From: Psammoneis japonica
Taxonomy: Eukaryota
DNA length: 64,000 nucleotides
NCBI GenBank assembly: GCA_008632985.1
Contig: QPGO01000026.1
Coordinates: forward strand, 434,001-498,000
Reading direction: 5' to 3'
Shown here: piece after piece, positions 12,249-25,710 of the stretch
Layout: the number at the start of each line of letters is the position of its first letter
Numbering within the stretch: position 1 is the stretch's first letter
Program-made: the position numbers and the translations under genes
Notes under the pieces: generated by a model
Database searches by the model: none
Seen by the model: the letters and a program-made list of their open reading frames with translations, nothing else
Told to the model about the DNA's origin: nothing

Positions 12249-14048
12249 ATGCTTCTCCGCAATATATCATCTCTATCATCACCATGGCGCTCGACAGCAC
12301 GGTTTGCACTGTTAACAGCTTCAATGCTACTGCTTTTTCAGGAGTTGTCTGCCGCATTCGAATTCGTTTGTCCGATAAATGGTCCAGAGGACTCGTCCAC
12401 GGAACTCCAGGCGAAAGACGAAAATGGCCCGGATTTTTCGGCTATCTCCGGATTGGCCTTCTCTTCCATCCAAACAGGACCTTCAGGTCAGCCTGTCATG
12501 TATGCCAACATTGATAGAAGAAATGGCAAAAGGTTGGGTGTTTTCGATTCGGGTTCCGGAGAACGGTTGTTAACGCTGCGCATTCCAAGCCTTCCTTCAG
12601 TCTTTGCTTGGGAGTCTCTTGCCATTGGATCGTGCGGTATTCATGGGGAGGCCGCATCGTGTATCTACATTGGTGATATCGGCGACGGCTATGCAAACCT
12701 AAGCGGCGGGGCAGTATCGGGAAGACAGGGAAACCCGTATCGAATCTACAAGATAAGAGAACCAGTTCTACACAAGTTCCATGACAATGATGCCATTCCA
12801 TCGAAAGATGCGTATGTATTGGAATATGATTACCATCACCCATCATCTCCCACCACATTTGCTGATTGTCAAGCCATGTTTTTGGACCATCAGGGTTGGG
12901 GGGAAGGAGAGAGTAAAGGCGATCTTTACTTAGTTCCCAGGTGGGGCAACGCTCACAAAGAATACAACACGAGGTTGTTTCAAATTCCCGCATCTGCCTG
13001 GGATTTGTCAGAGATTCCTTATTCACCAGCATCTGTTGGGGATTGTCCCAATGGGGGTCATTTATATGGTAAAACGTTTACAATGGCAGACATGACATTG
13101 GACGGAACTCTGATCGCTTTTGGTGGCGCAGCCAGATGCACGGTTATATTTCCGCGATGCCCCGGCGTCAGTGTCGCTGAAGCCCTGACGGGTGACGCCA
13201 AGGGATGCGTAAGATGGCAGCACATCCCTGGCCGAACGAGAACCTTTGCATGGAGTTCGGGTGGAACCCGAAATCTGATCATATCGGAACGCGAAGAGTG
13301 TGACCCTCGAGGCCCGCCCTTAGCCTGGACCACCATGGATTACCATTCTCCAGAAGCAACAATCATAAGGTGCTCGGATAAAGAGGCAAATGCGCGGCCT
13401 GTAAAAATCACGGGACGGTGCCCAACTGTCGTTCCGACAGAAGCCCCGCTTCAATACTATTCTCCAGAAGCAAATGCGCGGCCTGTAAGAACAATCGAGG
13501 GAACAGAAGGGTGCTCAACTGGCATTCCACCTTCATTCTTCTCGCCTCCATTCTCCTCTGTGTTTGCTCACCTGAAGTGTCAGTACTTAGCATGCCTCGA
13601 GGAGTACAAGACAAAGTTTGACTATGCGCCTGAAGGGTTTGCTGAAGTAATCCTTTCCAGATCTGAGGAATACGCAGAGGCCATCAAGAATGCGACGGAC
13701 CGAGGAAACGTCATTGCGTCTGCGGAAATGATAGCTTCGCTACAGCTTTTTCAGTTATATCATGCAGTAGCTCTGAACGAGGGACAGCTAAATGCTCAAA
13801 CGTTTGCTACCTGCGCAGGTAGATTCGGAGCCAAATGCACGCTAGACTTCCTTCAAAAATTGATTATAGTGGTGGCAAAGGAGGATGAGCTCACGAATGA
13901 TGTGAACCTTGCCGAAGCGGACAAGTATTTGGAGCGAGCTAAGGTTTCCCTGCGCGAGAAGAATTGGTGGCTCGCCACCTCCACGGCCTTCTGGGGCATT
14001 GATCTTATCCTCGAAAGGCTTGATGATGATCTCGTCGGCGCTCCTTGA
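12249..14048 (+). CDS. Secreted protein: probable beta-propeller-like N-terminal domain plus helical C-terminal domain
   Basis: Intronless 599-aa ORF with normal composition and a signal peptide (LLLFQELSAAF). Motifs WESLAIG, IYIGDIGD, YRIYKIREP and DCQAMF resemble an uncharacterised bacterial-type propeller family. EANARPV is duplicated internally. Confidence 0.8.
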   Translation: MLLRNISSLSSPWRSTARFALLTASMLLLFQELSAAFEFVCPINGPEDSSTELQAKDENGPDFSAISGLAFSSIQTGPSGQPVMYANIDRRNGKRLGVFDSGSGERLLTLRIPSLPSVFAWESLAIGSCGIHGEAASCIYIGDIGDGYANLSGGAVSGRQGNPYRIYKIREPVLHKFHDNDAIPSKDAYVLEYDYHHPSSPTTFADCQAMFLDHQGWGEGESKGDLYLVPRWGNAHKEYNTRLFQIPASAWDLSEIPYSPASVGDCPNGGHLYGKTFTMADMTLDGTLIAFGGAARCTVIFPRCPGVSVAEALTGDAKGCVRWQHIPGRTRTFAWSSGGTRNLIISEREECDPRGPPLAWTTMDYHSPEATIIRCSDKEANARPVKITGRCPTVVPTEAPLQYYSPEANARPVRTIEGTEGCSTGIPPSFFSPPFSSVFAHLKCQYLACLEEYKTKFDYAPEGFAEVILSRSEEYAEAIKNATDRGNVIASAEMIASLQLFQLYHAVALNEGQLNAQTFATCAGRFGAKCTLDFLQKLIIVVAKEDELTNDVNLAEADKYLERAKVSLREKNWWLATSTAFWGIDLILERLDDDLVGAP

Positions 14049-14349
14049 AGACGACCATGTTTTCGTCCTTCACTTATGATTAGAGGCTGTCAGCGATTTT
14101 AATTTCTTGAGCAGATTTATGATGGTATGGTATCATGGAATGCGCTCCAGAAGTGTTAAGGTGGGGGATGCTGCTAGTAGAGGGTAGTCTCTAGGTACCG
14201 GAATCTATTTCTTTGACACAAAATGCGTATGCATAACATTATGTAGTTTCACATCCATCAAAACGAGAGGGAGCAGCCCTTCTACTGCCGTAGACACTGC
14301 CAGTGCTTTTACCTGCCGGTACATTCTGTCCACGACAAGTCCCCATTAT

Positions 14350-16810
14350 TGGAGATTGTGCACATCAATGCCCTCATTTTTTTTGCTCTTGCCAGCTAGT
14401 CTTGCTCGTGGTCTTCGACTTTTAGGCAAATGTCTTTGGTCACACAATGACCTTCCTTGCTCTAGATGGGCCTTGCACACATTTGGCATTGTTGCAACAG
14501 CCATCTGCCAAGGCACAAAGAAACCTGTGGTGCAGGCTGCTGTTCTCCACCCACAAATCCCCCATGTCCAGAGAGCACGTCATCCCGGCTAAAGTGGCTG
14601 CTGAACCAGCCTCACAAAGGCCTGTGCTTTTGTCACAGCAGCACTTCACACCTCCCATTGCAGCAGGGTTGCAGCTGGCCATCTGGCATGTTCTGTTGGT
14701 GCAAGGTGAACCCAAGGTGTCATCAAGTGGCAGTGGACAAGAGCCTCCCACCGCTGCCAGTGTGCTGCCACCTGGTCCTGAGGCACCGCTGGGAATGCAT
14801 GCATTGCTGTCATTGTCGCAGCAGCACTTCATTGCATTGTGGTCAGACTGGCTGGGATCACAGCTTCCTTTGAGGCATGAGAGTGCATGTCCATCACAGG
14901 GTGCACCTTGATTTCCCAGCATTGGACAGCCCCCCCCCCACCTGGCACCACCATGGCAGGATTGGAAAACAAAACACATGTGCCACACAGGTCATGCACT
15001 TGGGGGCCACAAACAGCATCACCAGCAAGTTGACAAAAACCTTGATTTGGAGTGCCAGCCTGGCAGATGTTGGTGGATGTTGGTGGTGGCATTGCACCGA
15101 CACTTTCCACCATTGTTTTGTTGCATCCTGGGTCTTGATTGCACAATGGCCCAAAATCTCCACCACAAACATTCATGGCTCACAACATCTGCTGCCTTGA
15201 TTGCTGGTGCCAGGTGATCACCAGGCTGCCCACTTGATGTGCAACTGCTGTGGCATTTGAACAATGATGTCGCTGGAAGTGTTTGTTTTTGAGTGTGGTG
15301 TTTGTGGAACTCTGTCACTTCTGGGTCAACAAGTTTGCCTGCACTGCATTTGTTGCAGCCCCTCATGATGTGTCTTGTGGATGTTGTTCAATGTTGACAG
15401 AAGGTCATCATGGCATTTGTGGATTTCAGTTTCAAGTTTGTGCCATTGGCAACTTCTGCCAGCATGTCCTTGAGCTTGGGATCACACACAACAAAATCAA
15501 GCTTGAAAAAATCCATGTTGCACTGTCATTTCTTAGACCTCAGTCTCACACTTGATTGGTGCTTGACCATCTTGTCTGTTGCATGCAGCATCTTGACTCT
15601 GCACACTTCCACAACATCAGTGCAGATGATCATGCCTTCCTCTCTGTTTCTTGCATGTCTCAGGCGGGATGGCTGCAATCCATGTTGCTCCTCTTGTGGG
15701 AGTGTGCATTTGGTCTTGCCTTTTAACACATCCATTGACAGGCCCCAAATGCTGGCCACCATCCTGCCCATGTCTTTGGGTGTGATGGACAAGTTCTTTG
15801 GCTTGTTTGAATGTAAAAACAGCTTGAAATCTCTTGCACTGGAAATCCAGCCTTGCGGCACAGTTTGAGAGCTTGCTCAGCACTTGCTGCCTCCCTCTTG
15901 TTGCAGCCTGTGGCACTCTGTTCCATGGTTGGAGCCACAGTTCTGGGTGCACTCCTGTGCTTCTTGTTTCTCTCATTCTTTTTCATTGACATCATGCTCA
16001 CATGTGAACCACTTTCTTGGATTTCATCGACATGGTCAAAGAATCTCTGGCTTGGTGGTGCAAAATTGTGTGCCCCCAATGTCACTTGCTCTGAACACTG
16101 CAACTTGTTTGCCAGTCTTCTTGTCCAGCAATCAGAATTTGTTTGCCACTCAGTCATCACATCATGTTGTGCAGCACTTGCTCTTCACACTCTTTGAACT
16201 GCTGAGAATGCTTGCCATCACATTCTTCTTCTCTGTTCCAAGTTTGCAGTTTTCATCTGTGGTGTCCATTCCTGTGTTTGTGGATGGATCAACCTTGGTC
16301 TTGGCCAGTTGCACATTTTGTGCCAGTCTCCAGTTTGCTGCCATCATGCTGAGGGCAGAGCCATTGTCAAAGGGGGGGGGGGTGCTGTCATCCACCTCAA
16401 TGTCTTTGTTGGCTTCGTTTGTGCTTGTCTCTGGCCTTTCATTTGCCTGCTGCAACACACACCATGTCATGCTCCTGCTTTGGCCAGAGTGGGTTGATCA
16501 GTCAGATCTGGTGGTGTTGACACCAACGTTGTCTCTGTCCACTGACGAGCGGCTGTCATTCCCATGTTGGACGCAGAGCATTTTTTTTTTAACTCCCAGC
16601 TCTCACCAAGTCTTTTTCCCAAATCAGAGCTCCTGGAGCCTGAGAGCTTGGTTTTGATGAGGCAGAATTTCCTGCAACAACAGCTGCTGCCATTGACACC
16701 CTCAACAAGCAAGAGGATGAAGGGTCAATGCTGCAGGGTGGAGCACTTTACATGGGTGGGATGAGACACATGAAATGCATTGCTGCTGTGACAAGCTGTT
16801 GACCCGCCTC
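14350..16810 (-). mobile_element. TpA-depleted block with a Copia pre-integrase/integrase fragment (~15300-15900) and a Cys/Gly-rich fragment (~14440-15180)
   Basis: ITPKDMGRMVASIWGLSMDVLKGKTKC...IICTDVVEV...MLH resembles the diatom Copia region preceding the integrase core. The rest is unassignable. Confidence 0.55.
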
Positions 16811-16946
16811 CCGTGCACTCACTTCAACGGATAAATTTATATTTAGACCTCTCCAGGCATGTATGTCATAATTGAAATACTCCGACGAGATTCAGTTTTG
16901 GAATCTGCCGCACGCAAAAAATCGAAACGTTCGGCACCGCACCACC

Positions 16947-19900
16947 ATGGTGGGTTATGGGAAGGCGCTCCGTCATTCACGACGGCCAGGATGGGAGGAC
17001 GCTTATCTAGATTACGATGCCCTCAAGAAGCTGTTGAAGGATATGGAAATAAGGATAGAGAGTAAAAACGAAAGAAAGACTCATCAAGACGACTTTTTTC
17101 ATACGTTGCAGTCCGAGATTGAGAAAATCTCTCTGTACGCACTTGCCAAACAAGGATCATTGGCAAAGGACGTTGGAGAACTGCGTTTGAGACAAGAACA
17201 GAATCCAAAGTTTTCCGTTTTCGGCGGTTATTTTACTTGCAATCGAGAATCCATACATCATGCTGTTGCTGCACCGGCGAAGGGGGTGAACGGTTCAGCA
17301 GAGAGGAACGCATCGCCGAGCAGAGAACCTGCTGCACTGCCGCCGCTCGCGCCCAGTCGCCATACCAACGAAGCAAAGCATGAAACGTCATCCATGTCAC
17401 TCCATGAGGTCGACCAGCTACTCGAATCGTATTCCGTATTGGGAGTGGAGGTTCTACATTTGATACGCTTCATTTGCTTCAATGCAATGGGAGTTCGAAA
17501 AATTATCAAAAAGCACGAAAAGCTTTATTCACGTACTACCCTACACGGGATGGATGAGGATCAGGACGAGTTGGACACTACCAAGAATTCGACTTTTATG
17601 GACACAATTGCACTCGAGTCGTCCGTTGGAGGCAGTCGAGCTGGGCCAGATTCTCACTTTCAACAATTGGCAAACTCAGCGTCCATTGCTGCGATTCATT
17701 CCTCCCTGTATGCGGGATTCCTCCAATGCAAAGACACCAAAAACAAACTTGACTCCTCGGTTGGAGCCAAGCCCCAATGTTCCCCAGCAAAGCATCGCCA
17801 CCAGCGATCCTTGTCCCCTTTTTCATTCCAAATGGGTGCAATCATGGACCAAGCACAACCCCCGGCTGCTTCCGAATCAGCCTTGATTCGGCTTGAATGC
17901 GTCATTGAGTGTATTCAGGCCCTGCGAGACCTTGCTCAACACATTATCAACCAACCCTTTAGTGTCTTTTTGTCGAAAAAGGCCATGGTGGTAACAGGAG
18001 GTGGGATTGGTGGATTGGATATAAACACTCAAAAGGCTCTTGCCATGTTGCTGCGATTCCAACCGGATCACGTACTCGCCATGAATGACGAGGATTTATC
18101 GGTTTGGCAGACTACCCGCTTGCAGATGGTTGGCGACGGTCCTACTACTCGATCCCGGGGATTGACCATGGAAAGCGTTGGGATCGAGTGGGAAAGGGGC
18201 TCCAAGTGGGGCGGAGTAAACACGGCCACAATGTACATCAACCTCATGTCGACTCTGTTGTACACGGTATGTTCCATGTTGTTTGAGTTTGTGTATCCCC
18301 TACTCTTGATCTCTGTTGCCATTCAACTTGTCTGTTTTAATTTCTTTGAATGCAGATTAACTACTACATCATCGCCCCTACAGCGAATCACTACGCGATT
18401 TTGCTTGGAACCGACGGTGCATTTGGAGCTACATTGGTCGGTGCCTCATCTTTATCTGCATTGTTTGGAGCCTTCCTCTACTCTGTATGGTATACAAGAT
18501 CATCCTTCCAGTCCGCTCTCTTGTTTTCTGCATTCTGCCCATGCTTGGGGAATCTCCTTTACTCATTAGCCATTTCCTATCATTCCATGCCGGTGGCCTT
18601 GTGGGGCCGCATTTTGGTGGGCTTTGGTTCGGCAGAAGTGATAAACCGACAGCTAATATCCTCCTGTGTGACGTTTTCCACCATGACACAGGCGTGCGCC
18701 TTGTTTGTGGCTGCCGGTGCGGTAGGCATGAGTATCGGTCCGTTGCTTGCAGCCATTCTCGACGAAGTGGCGGGGAGAGATTTGGACGTTGATTTAAGGC
18801 TCCCGGGTATTCCATCCGGAGGAATTATCTATAATCACGCCACGAGCCCCGGGTTTGTCATGGCAATTCTTTGGTTTTGTGAGATTTTGGCGCTCCTCTT
18901 TTTCTTTACCGAACCCGACCGCATAAACGGAGCTGGACATGAATACCAGTCAGAGCAGACGGATTTCGAAGACTCCTCTCATCTAGAGGCATCGAAACGC
19001 TTGCCAGGAAAAGCTATAATCGAAGTCAACGAAACAACGACTTATGGATCAGTGGAAACATTTAAGCTTCAGGGGTCACCATCGAAAGAGTATCAAGCAG
19101 AAGATGATGTAGCTGGGCCATGTTCCTGGGCGAGAGCGATGGTATCGGAGCTAGGCACCATTCGGAAATTGATTTTTAACAACATGGCGCTTCCGGTGAG
19201 TGAATCGTTGATCAACTCGAGAATTTTAACAGACGCCGCTGAAAATTAATGTTTTGCTCTTTCCCGACATGGCGTAGGTGACGCTGCTTCTCTTTGCATA
19301 TATTGAGCTTGTAGATGAAGTTCTCATCTCGTCCTGTTCCATGGTTTGCCGACGTTACTTTGACTGGCACGCCTCACGAGCTGGGTTTTTAATCGCGTCT
19401 CTCGGTGCACTTGTCTTGCCTGCACACTTCGTCGTGGAACGGGCAAGTCACTACTATGAAGAAAGAACCATTATGAAGGTACGCATGCCATGCGGGATGC
19501 AGGCTTGCTATCATTCATTTCCCCCTACTCAATCTCTATTTCATGAACTTTCAGAACTCTATTCTCTTCATTTGTATCAGCCTCTTTGGAATCCTGAATT
19601 ACACAGGATTTTTGTACGACACGGTAGGAATAGGAGTCCAGGTCGTCGAGAACATCGAGTCTGACGAATTGGGCGTACAGACAAAGGCAGGGACTGATGG
19701 AAGATCCTTTGGGAAAGCCTCTTCAACTATTGCATCACTAACGAACAAAGACAACGAGTTCTCATACGACTGGGGCGCTGGCAAAGTTGTGTACATTGCC
19801 TTTCTCTCTGCCATTTTCATGGGCACCATAATTTTAGAAGGTGTGGACACCAGTCTCATGTCCAAAGCGACACCTGCGAAGCTAAACGACACTATGATTA

Positions 19901-20088
19901 ACAGTGGTTTGCTCGCTACGCTGGTTGGAACCCTCGGTCGAGTTGGCGGAGACAGCATGATCACGCTAAGCGCGCTGGTGGACCGGAGTGTTTTTGCCGA
20001 TTTTGTGAATGCGACTTTTCTCCCGCTGATCCCGATGGCACTCATTGGATCCTACCTTGTCCGCAAGTACTACAAGTCATTGGTTTAG
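16947..20088 (+). CDS. SPX-MFS protein (vacuolar phosphate transporter, VPT/PHT5-like); exons 16947-18266, 18356-19195, 19278-19478, 19555-20088
   Basis: N-terminal SPX motifs (MVGYGKAL...WEDAYLDYDALKK; NAMGVRKIIKKHEK) followed by MFS helices (INYYIIAPTA, GRILVGFGSAEVINR). Three GT-AG introns restore one reading frame. Confidence 0.92.
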
Positions 20089-20138
20089 AAGTTTTTAATA
20101 GATGAACAGATTATTGGACCGTTCCTACAAGTTACGAT

Positions 20139-22970
20139 CTAGCTCACAGTGCCGTCAGGTATCGGACTGGTGCAGACACCTGCACTTGTGATAAATGGAC
20201 GATCCAGGAACTCGGGAACTCCATACTTGTTCGTTACGAGAAATGGCGCAAGCTTCTCGAAAACCTTCTTCTTGCCAACCTTATTCTCTCCGAACGGTTC
20301 TTCGCCATCAAAATCAAAGTCAGGAACCTTTACTCGCTCTCCAATCTCGGCATCTACGGGTGGGCTAACGAACTTTACTTCCGTGTGGTCAGCGTTTGAT
20401 GCGCACAAAACCATGCCATGACTGGCAAAGCCAAGCATCTTTCGCGCCTTCAAGTTACAAAGGACCAAGACTTTGCGTCCCTCCATATCCTCAGCTTTCA
20501 TGTAAGGCTTCAAACCCGAAGCAATCTGTCGTGGTTCGTCCTCGCCGACATCAATTTCTTCGCAATAGAGCTTGTCGGCTTCGGGATGTTCCCACACCTT
20601 GTTGATTTTACCCACGCGAATGTCCAAAGCTGTAATGGGCGGACCTTCATATGTATCCTTTGGATCTGCGGCACCAGCAGCCGCGGCAGTTGCTTGAGAT
20701 GCAGAGCTAGATTCTTTTGAAGCCGTACTCTCGGCCTTGGCAGCGCCCTCTTTCTTGGAGGACTTCGGCTTTGGTGCGCGGAACTCCTCTGGGATAGTTT
20801 CGCAGAAACTCTTGAGTCTTTTCAAGCGCTCGTCGAAACCCACGATACCGGCGGCTTCGGCGTCCACCACGGAGTCCTCACTTGTAGCCATTTGCAACAA
20901 CGAAAGCTGTTTGGTCACGTCCTGCCCACTCATTTCTCCGGTGAGCGCTAACCTCACAGGATGGAATAGATGCTTGCCCTTGACTTTGCATTCCTTTGCT
21001 AGACTCTTCATATGAGCTTTATAAGCTTGCGGGTAAGAATAGGCCGAGCCACCCTGCTCGTTATCTTCAACAATACCCTTTCCTTGCGCGTCCTGGAACG
21101 CTTGGAGGGGCTGCGATGGATCCGGAGACGGAAAGTCTCCCGCCTCGACCTGTGCTATGATTTTTTGAGCGAGACCATAAAAGTTACCATCTTGAATCAT
21201 CTTCTTAGCATCGGCGTCTACCACTTCGTCAAAGGAAGCAGGGAGCCCGTATCCTAGCACAGTTTTGGCATTAAGGGCTGCATCCTTTGTCGTTTCCATC
21301 ATTTGCTTGGCAAGAGACGTCGCCGCAAAACACACGTCATCCACACGGGAGTCATCGGCATCAACACCCTCTTTGATCAAACCTTCCCATTGCATTTGAT
21401 CCTTTACGTGCCCAACTAAATCTTCCACAGGCATGGCCTTCATGTGCTGTGAGTTAACCCACTTGAGCTTGTCCATATCGAAAACAGATGGACTTTTCAC
21501 GACACGGTCAATGTCGAAAGATTCGATAAGCTCTTCACGCGAGAAAATCTCGTCCTCCGAACCATCGTTCCATCCCAGAAGAGCCAAGTAGTTAATCATG
21601 GCGTCGGGTAAGAACCCATCTAGCCTGAATTGATCGCAACTCGTGGCACCGTGACGCTTTGATAGCTTTTGTTTGTCCTCTCCCAAGATCAGAGAGCAGT
21701 GCGCATACCGTGGACGCGGAGCACCAAGCGCATCCAAGATGAGCCCCTGTCTGAGAGTGTTGGTCAAGTGCTCTTCCGCTCGCACAACGGTCGTAATACC
21801 CATGGTGGCATCATCCACCGCCACGCAAAAGTTGTAGACCGGAACGCCACTGCTTCTTAGCAAGATAAAGTCACCGACGGTTGCTTCCGCATCCCAAGAA
21901 ACAGTTCCACGCACAGCATCTTCAATCACAATACGTGAGCCGGGAGGCACCTTGAAACGAACGGTAAAGGGTGCGCCCTCGTCAAGTTTTTGTTTTACCA
22001 GCTCTGGATCGGCATCTCTCCAAGTACCATCATAACGAGGTGGGATGCCCGCGGCTTCCTGCTTTGCTTTCATTTCTTCCAATTCTTCCGGAGTGCAAAA
22101 GCATCGATAGGCCTTTCCTTCCTCCAGCAACCTGTTTGCCAAGTCTTTGTACAGCTGGGAGCGCTCCGATTGTCGATACGGACCGTATTTTGCAAGTGGC
22201 ACATCCGGACCCTCGTCCCACTCCAATCCCAACCATTTCAAATCTGCTAGCACCGACTCTTCAGATTCTGTAAAAGCGACAAAGTTGAATTTGAGTAAAA
22301 AATGAGACGCCGCGACAGAGAAATATTTAGATGGGACTACAACACATACCTTTTGTGGATCTGGCCAATCGGTATCCTCAACACGCAAAACGAATCCCGC
22401 CTCTGAATCTTTAAAATCCAACTGGCCCTTTTTCGCCATGAGCCAATTGTACAGGGCAGTCCGTGCTCCACCCACGTGAAGACTTCCTGTTGGACTCGGA
22501 GCAAACCTCATACGGGGTGGGCAATCCTCGACAGACTTTCCCTCCAAAGGAAAGATTCCTTCTTTTGGGAGCAAAGAGGCATCCTCCATGACTTGTTGTT
22601 CTGCCGTGCTACAAAGTGCTCCATCGCTGTAGGTAGGAGCAAGTCCCCGTTTCTTCAAACTCTCCATCATGGCCATGCCAGTATCGGACGTGATGGGAGG
22701 TCTCTTTCGGCGCAAACCGCCACTGCCTGTACCAAAAGCTCTGACCGATGACTTTGTCACAAAAGCCTGCATAATATTACAAACACATTTACGAGCAAAC
22801 GATGCTTTAGAAAGTCTGTTCCACGTGGATGACGACCATCATGGTTTCAAGAAAAAAAGTACTTCTCTGTCAATGAGTCAGAAGAACTTGAAACTTACCA
22901 TGGCCGTACGACCTCTCAATGGCATAACCACTGCTGACAGTATCACCATGGAAGCAATTGACAACCGCAT
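20139..22970 (-). CDS. gltX: Organellar (plastid-targeted) glutamate--tRNA ligase with C-terminal EMAPII/Arc1p-like tRNA-binding OB fold; exons 22970-22899, 22766-22350, 22267-20139
   Basis: RFAPSPTGSLHVGG (HIGH) and KLSKRHG (KMSKS) motifs, with C-terminal LDIRVGKI...HPEADKLY. Exon 1 is a signal peptide that splices to give TAMA-FV (ASAFAP-like). One base appears to be missing near 22368. Confidence 0.93.
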
Positions 22971-23224
22971 TATCGATTGTAATGCACACACACAAACAAC
23001 ACGTTGATTGGCTGTTGGATGAGGAGCAAGGAGAGGAAGGAGGGAACAATAAAAATCAGGCAAGCACCGCACGATGGTGTGATTTTCGTGCGTGATGCGT
23101 CAGGCGAGGCGCCGATGGCCGATGGCAAACTTGAAGTTCAACAAAACAGAAAAGACCCGGATTTGTTGTAGCACTGTAGCTACCACTGCCAGCTACTCTA
23201 GCTAGCCCCAGTCTACTAGAGTGG

Positions 23225-24200
23225 CCACAGTCCAATCATTTTCAGTCGTGCAACTGAGCTGACCAGCCACCCACCGGCGCCCCACCACATGGGCCTGTGA
23301 TGGCAATGCACTCGAGGGAACACCACAAAAGCCAATGTCACGACTCACAGTGCAGTCCACGCCATCATCACAAATGCATTGGGTTTTGCTGTTGCAAAGA
23401 CAAGTGAGTTGATGGAGGTGCTGCAACATCTCTTTGGGGGTCATTTGTGCAACAAGACAAAGAGCAAAATGACTTGAGAGAGAGATGTCAGAGCGGCTCT
23501 CAAAGAGCTTTGCAGAGAGGCATTTTTTGCGTCATCAAAGGGGGGTCAGATGTGCCACAGCTGTGCCAGTGCATGTGCTGAAAGACTGCGGACAAGTTTG
23601 TTCCATTCTGCAGCTGCACAGCTCATGAGAGAGAATCTCGCTGTGAGGGAGGAATGCAACAAACATCTGAAGAAGGGCTTCGGTGTTCTGGAGTGAAGCA
23701 AAAGAAGCACACATGCCACTTGGCAGCAGCCAAAACCACAAGGAGAGTGGCGCTCAAGTTTGCCTGTTGTTTCAACAATGAATTTCACCCATTGGCAGAT
23801 GGCAGAAAAAGACGGGCCTTTGCAGAAATGTGTGAAGAAGACAAGATGGTGCAATGGATGTGCTGCCATGAAAGAGCACACCAGTTGGATCATCATGATG
23901 ATTTTGATGGTTGCGACCAGCACAATGTGCCTGTGCATGAGTGAGAGGTTCTCTGTGGGCTGGAGCCATTGTGGGGTGGCACCAAGCACCACGCCCCGCC
24001 CCCCCTCTGCAATGTCATTCCACAAAAGGAATGGCCCAAAAAAGCCCAGCTCTTGGGCTGCAGATTGGTTTGGATGGACTCAAGGTGACTTTTGAAGTTC
24101 GAACTGTGCTCGACTTGGGCACAAGAATGGACCCCATTCCACTGCTTTCATTGACTTTGAGAACACCTTCCTCCACAAGAGTCTGCAGTGGTGTCAGGGG
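23225..24200. other. Short TpA-depleted unclassified remnant between gene islands
   Basis: Essentially no TA in about 1 kb, with abrupt borders and no recognisable domain. Confidence 0.55.
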
Positions 24201-25000
24201 TGTGCCCCACTAGAAGAAAAGATCCAAGAACGGGTGTCGGGGAATGCACACAAAAGGCATGGAACGATCTAGGATCACTCCAGAATGCTGCACATTGGAC
24301 ATGCTGCATGGTGGTCTAGATGGGTTGTTATGAAACTGAAGATGTCAACAGTCTCAACCGCATCATGCCAGTTAGTCACTAACTCTATGTTATTTATCTT
24401 GTCTCGTCCACTCTCAATGCACCAAAACTCTGAGAGAGGTTCCAGTTGTTGGACGAGAACGATCGAGTGCTCCTCATCTTGTTTGGCACTGACCTCTAGA
24501 GAGAGTAGCGGTAGTGCTGGGCTCGTACATTAGGCCCAACCAATGTGTGAAATCCGTTGCTAGCTACTTGTACCAATGGTGACGTTACGTATAATGGCCT
24601 TGGCGGCTCGACGACGTACGCAGAACGTAGATCATAAGAGATATGCTCATCTCTAAATTGTTTACAATGACTATCGGTTCCAGTGTTTACCGAAAACGGA
24701 GCGTTATCTAAAGTCTTGCTAAAAGAGCATTGTTGCGAGTCTTGGTATTGGGACTTTTGCCAAAGAAGAACCATGAACGGCAAGTCTCTCATCCAGAACG
24801 GTACACTATGGCCTCGTGTGTCTTTCGCCCTCTTGTGTGTATCCGCTCTACTTGTATCTTTAAATTTGTCGGCAGCTGATTCCTCGATTCTTGAAAAAGA
24901 CAGGCATATCCAAGTAATTGATGCCTAACTGCATTCACAGTCGTGGTCGGCCTCGTGGTAAGAAACTCCAAAGATGTAGCTCTCGTCATCACGTCTGTCA

Positions 25001-25710
25001 TCAGTTCGTTTCTGCTTCTTCTTGACTACTTGGTCTCGAGGTAATGGACGACAGAATAATGATCCAAAAAAAGGACACGGCCGCCACAAAGGTGACTCGA
25101 TAGGTTTCTGGTACAATGGAAAACGTCAAACACTGCACGGGTCCCCATAGCACATAGAATTTCTGCAACAAACCATGCTCACAAATATCTTCTACATAGA
25201 GTCCATGGCTTGTTTTGGAGAGTATTGAAAGATGAGTGCCTTGGCAAGATAGGCAATCGGAAGAGTCAATAATGTCGTTTGAATCAACAAATCAAAACAA
25301 ACCTTGGTGAGTACGACTTGGATCGAATGACTGTCACTACCAAACCACAGCGGATACAAGTGATTGTAAATGTATTCTTGTGCCATGCCCTGATACATGG
25401 CACCATACAAGAGAAACGCAGCATTGCGAGCCAATTCAAATCGTTGCGAATCATCCTTGTCATTGTCTCTGTCTTTGATTTGTGCTACATAATCCGCAGC
25501 CGATGCCTTTGTTCCACAGGTAATCGCGGCAGCCGCGTATGGAGAAGCCGTGTAAAAGTCATTGACAACTTGTAGAGTGTCAACAGCCTTGAGAGACGTA
25601 AAAGCTGGAGGAGGAGTAGGATGACGACCAAGAGGGGATGGAGCCTGAAAGGACGAGACGCTTACGGCCGCGGTGATAAGGAGGAGTACGGAAAGAAGAT
25701 TCATCATCAT
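25001..25710 (-). CDS. Mpv17/PMP22 family membrane protein, probably plastid-targeted (1-nt frameshift near 25198)
   Basis: Signal peptide plus SSFQAP, then KASAADYVAQ and RNAAFLLYGAMYQG. After a frame change it continues YVEDI...LWGPVQCLTFSIVPETYRVTFVAAVSFFWIIILS, the typical Mpv17 C-terminus, and stops at 25001-25003. Confidence 0.85.
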
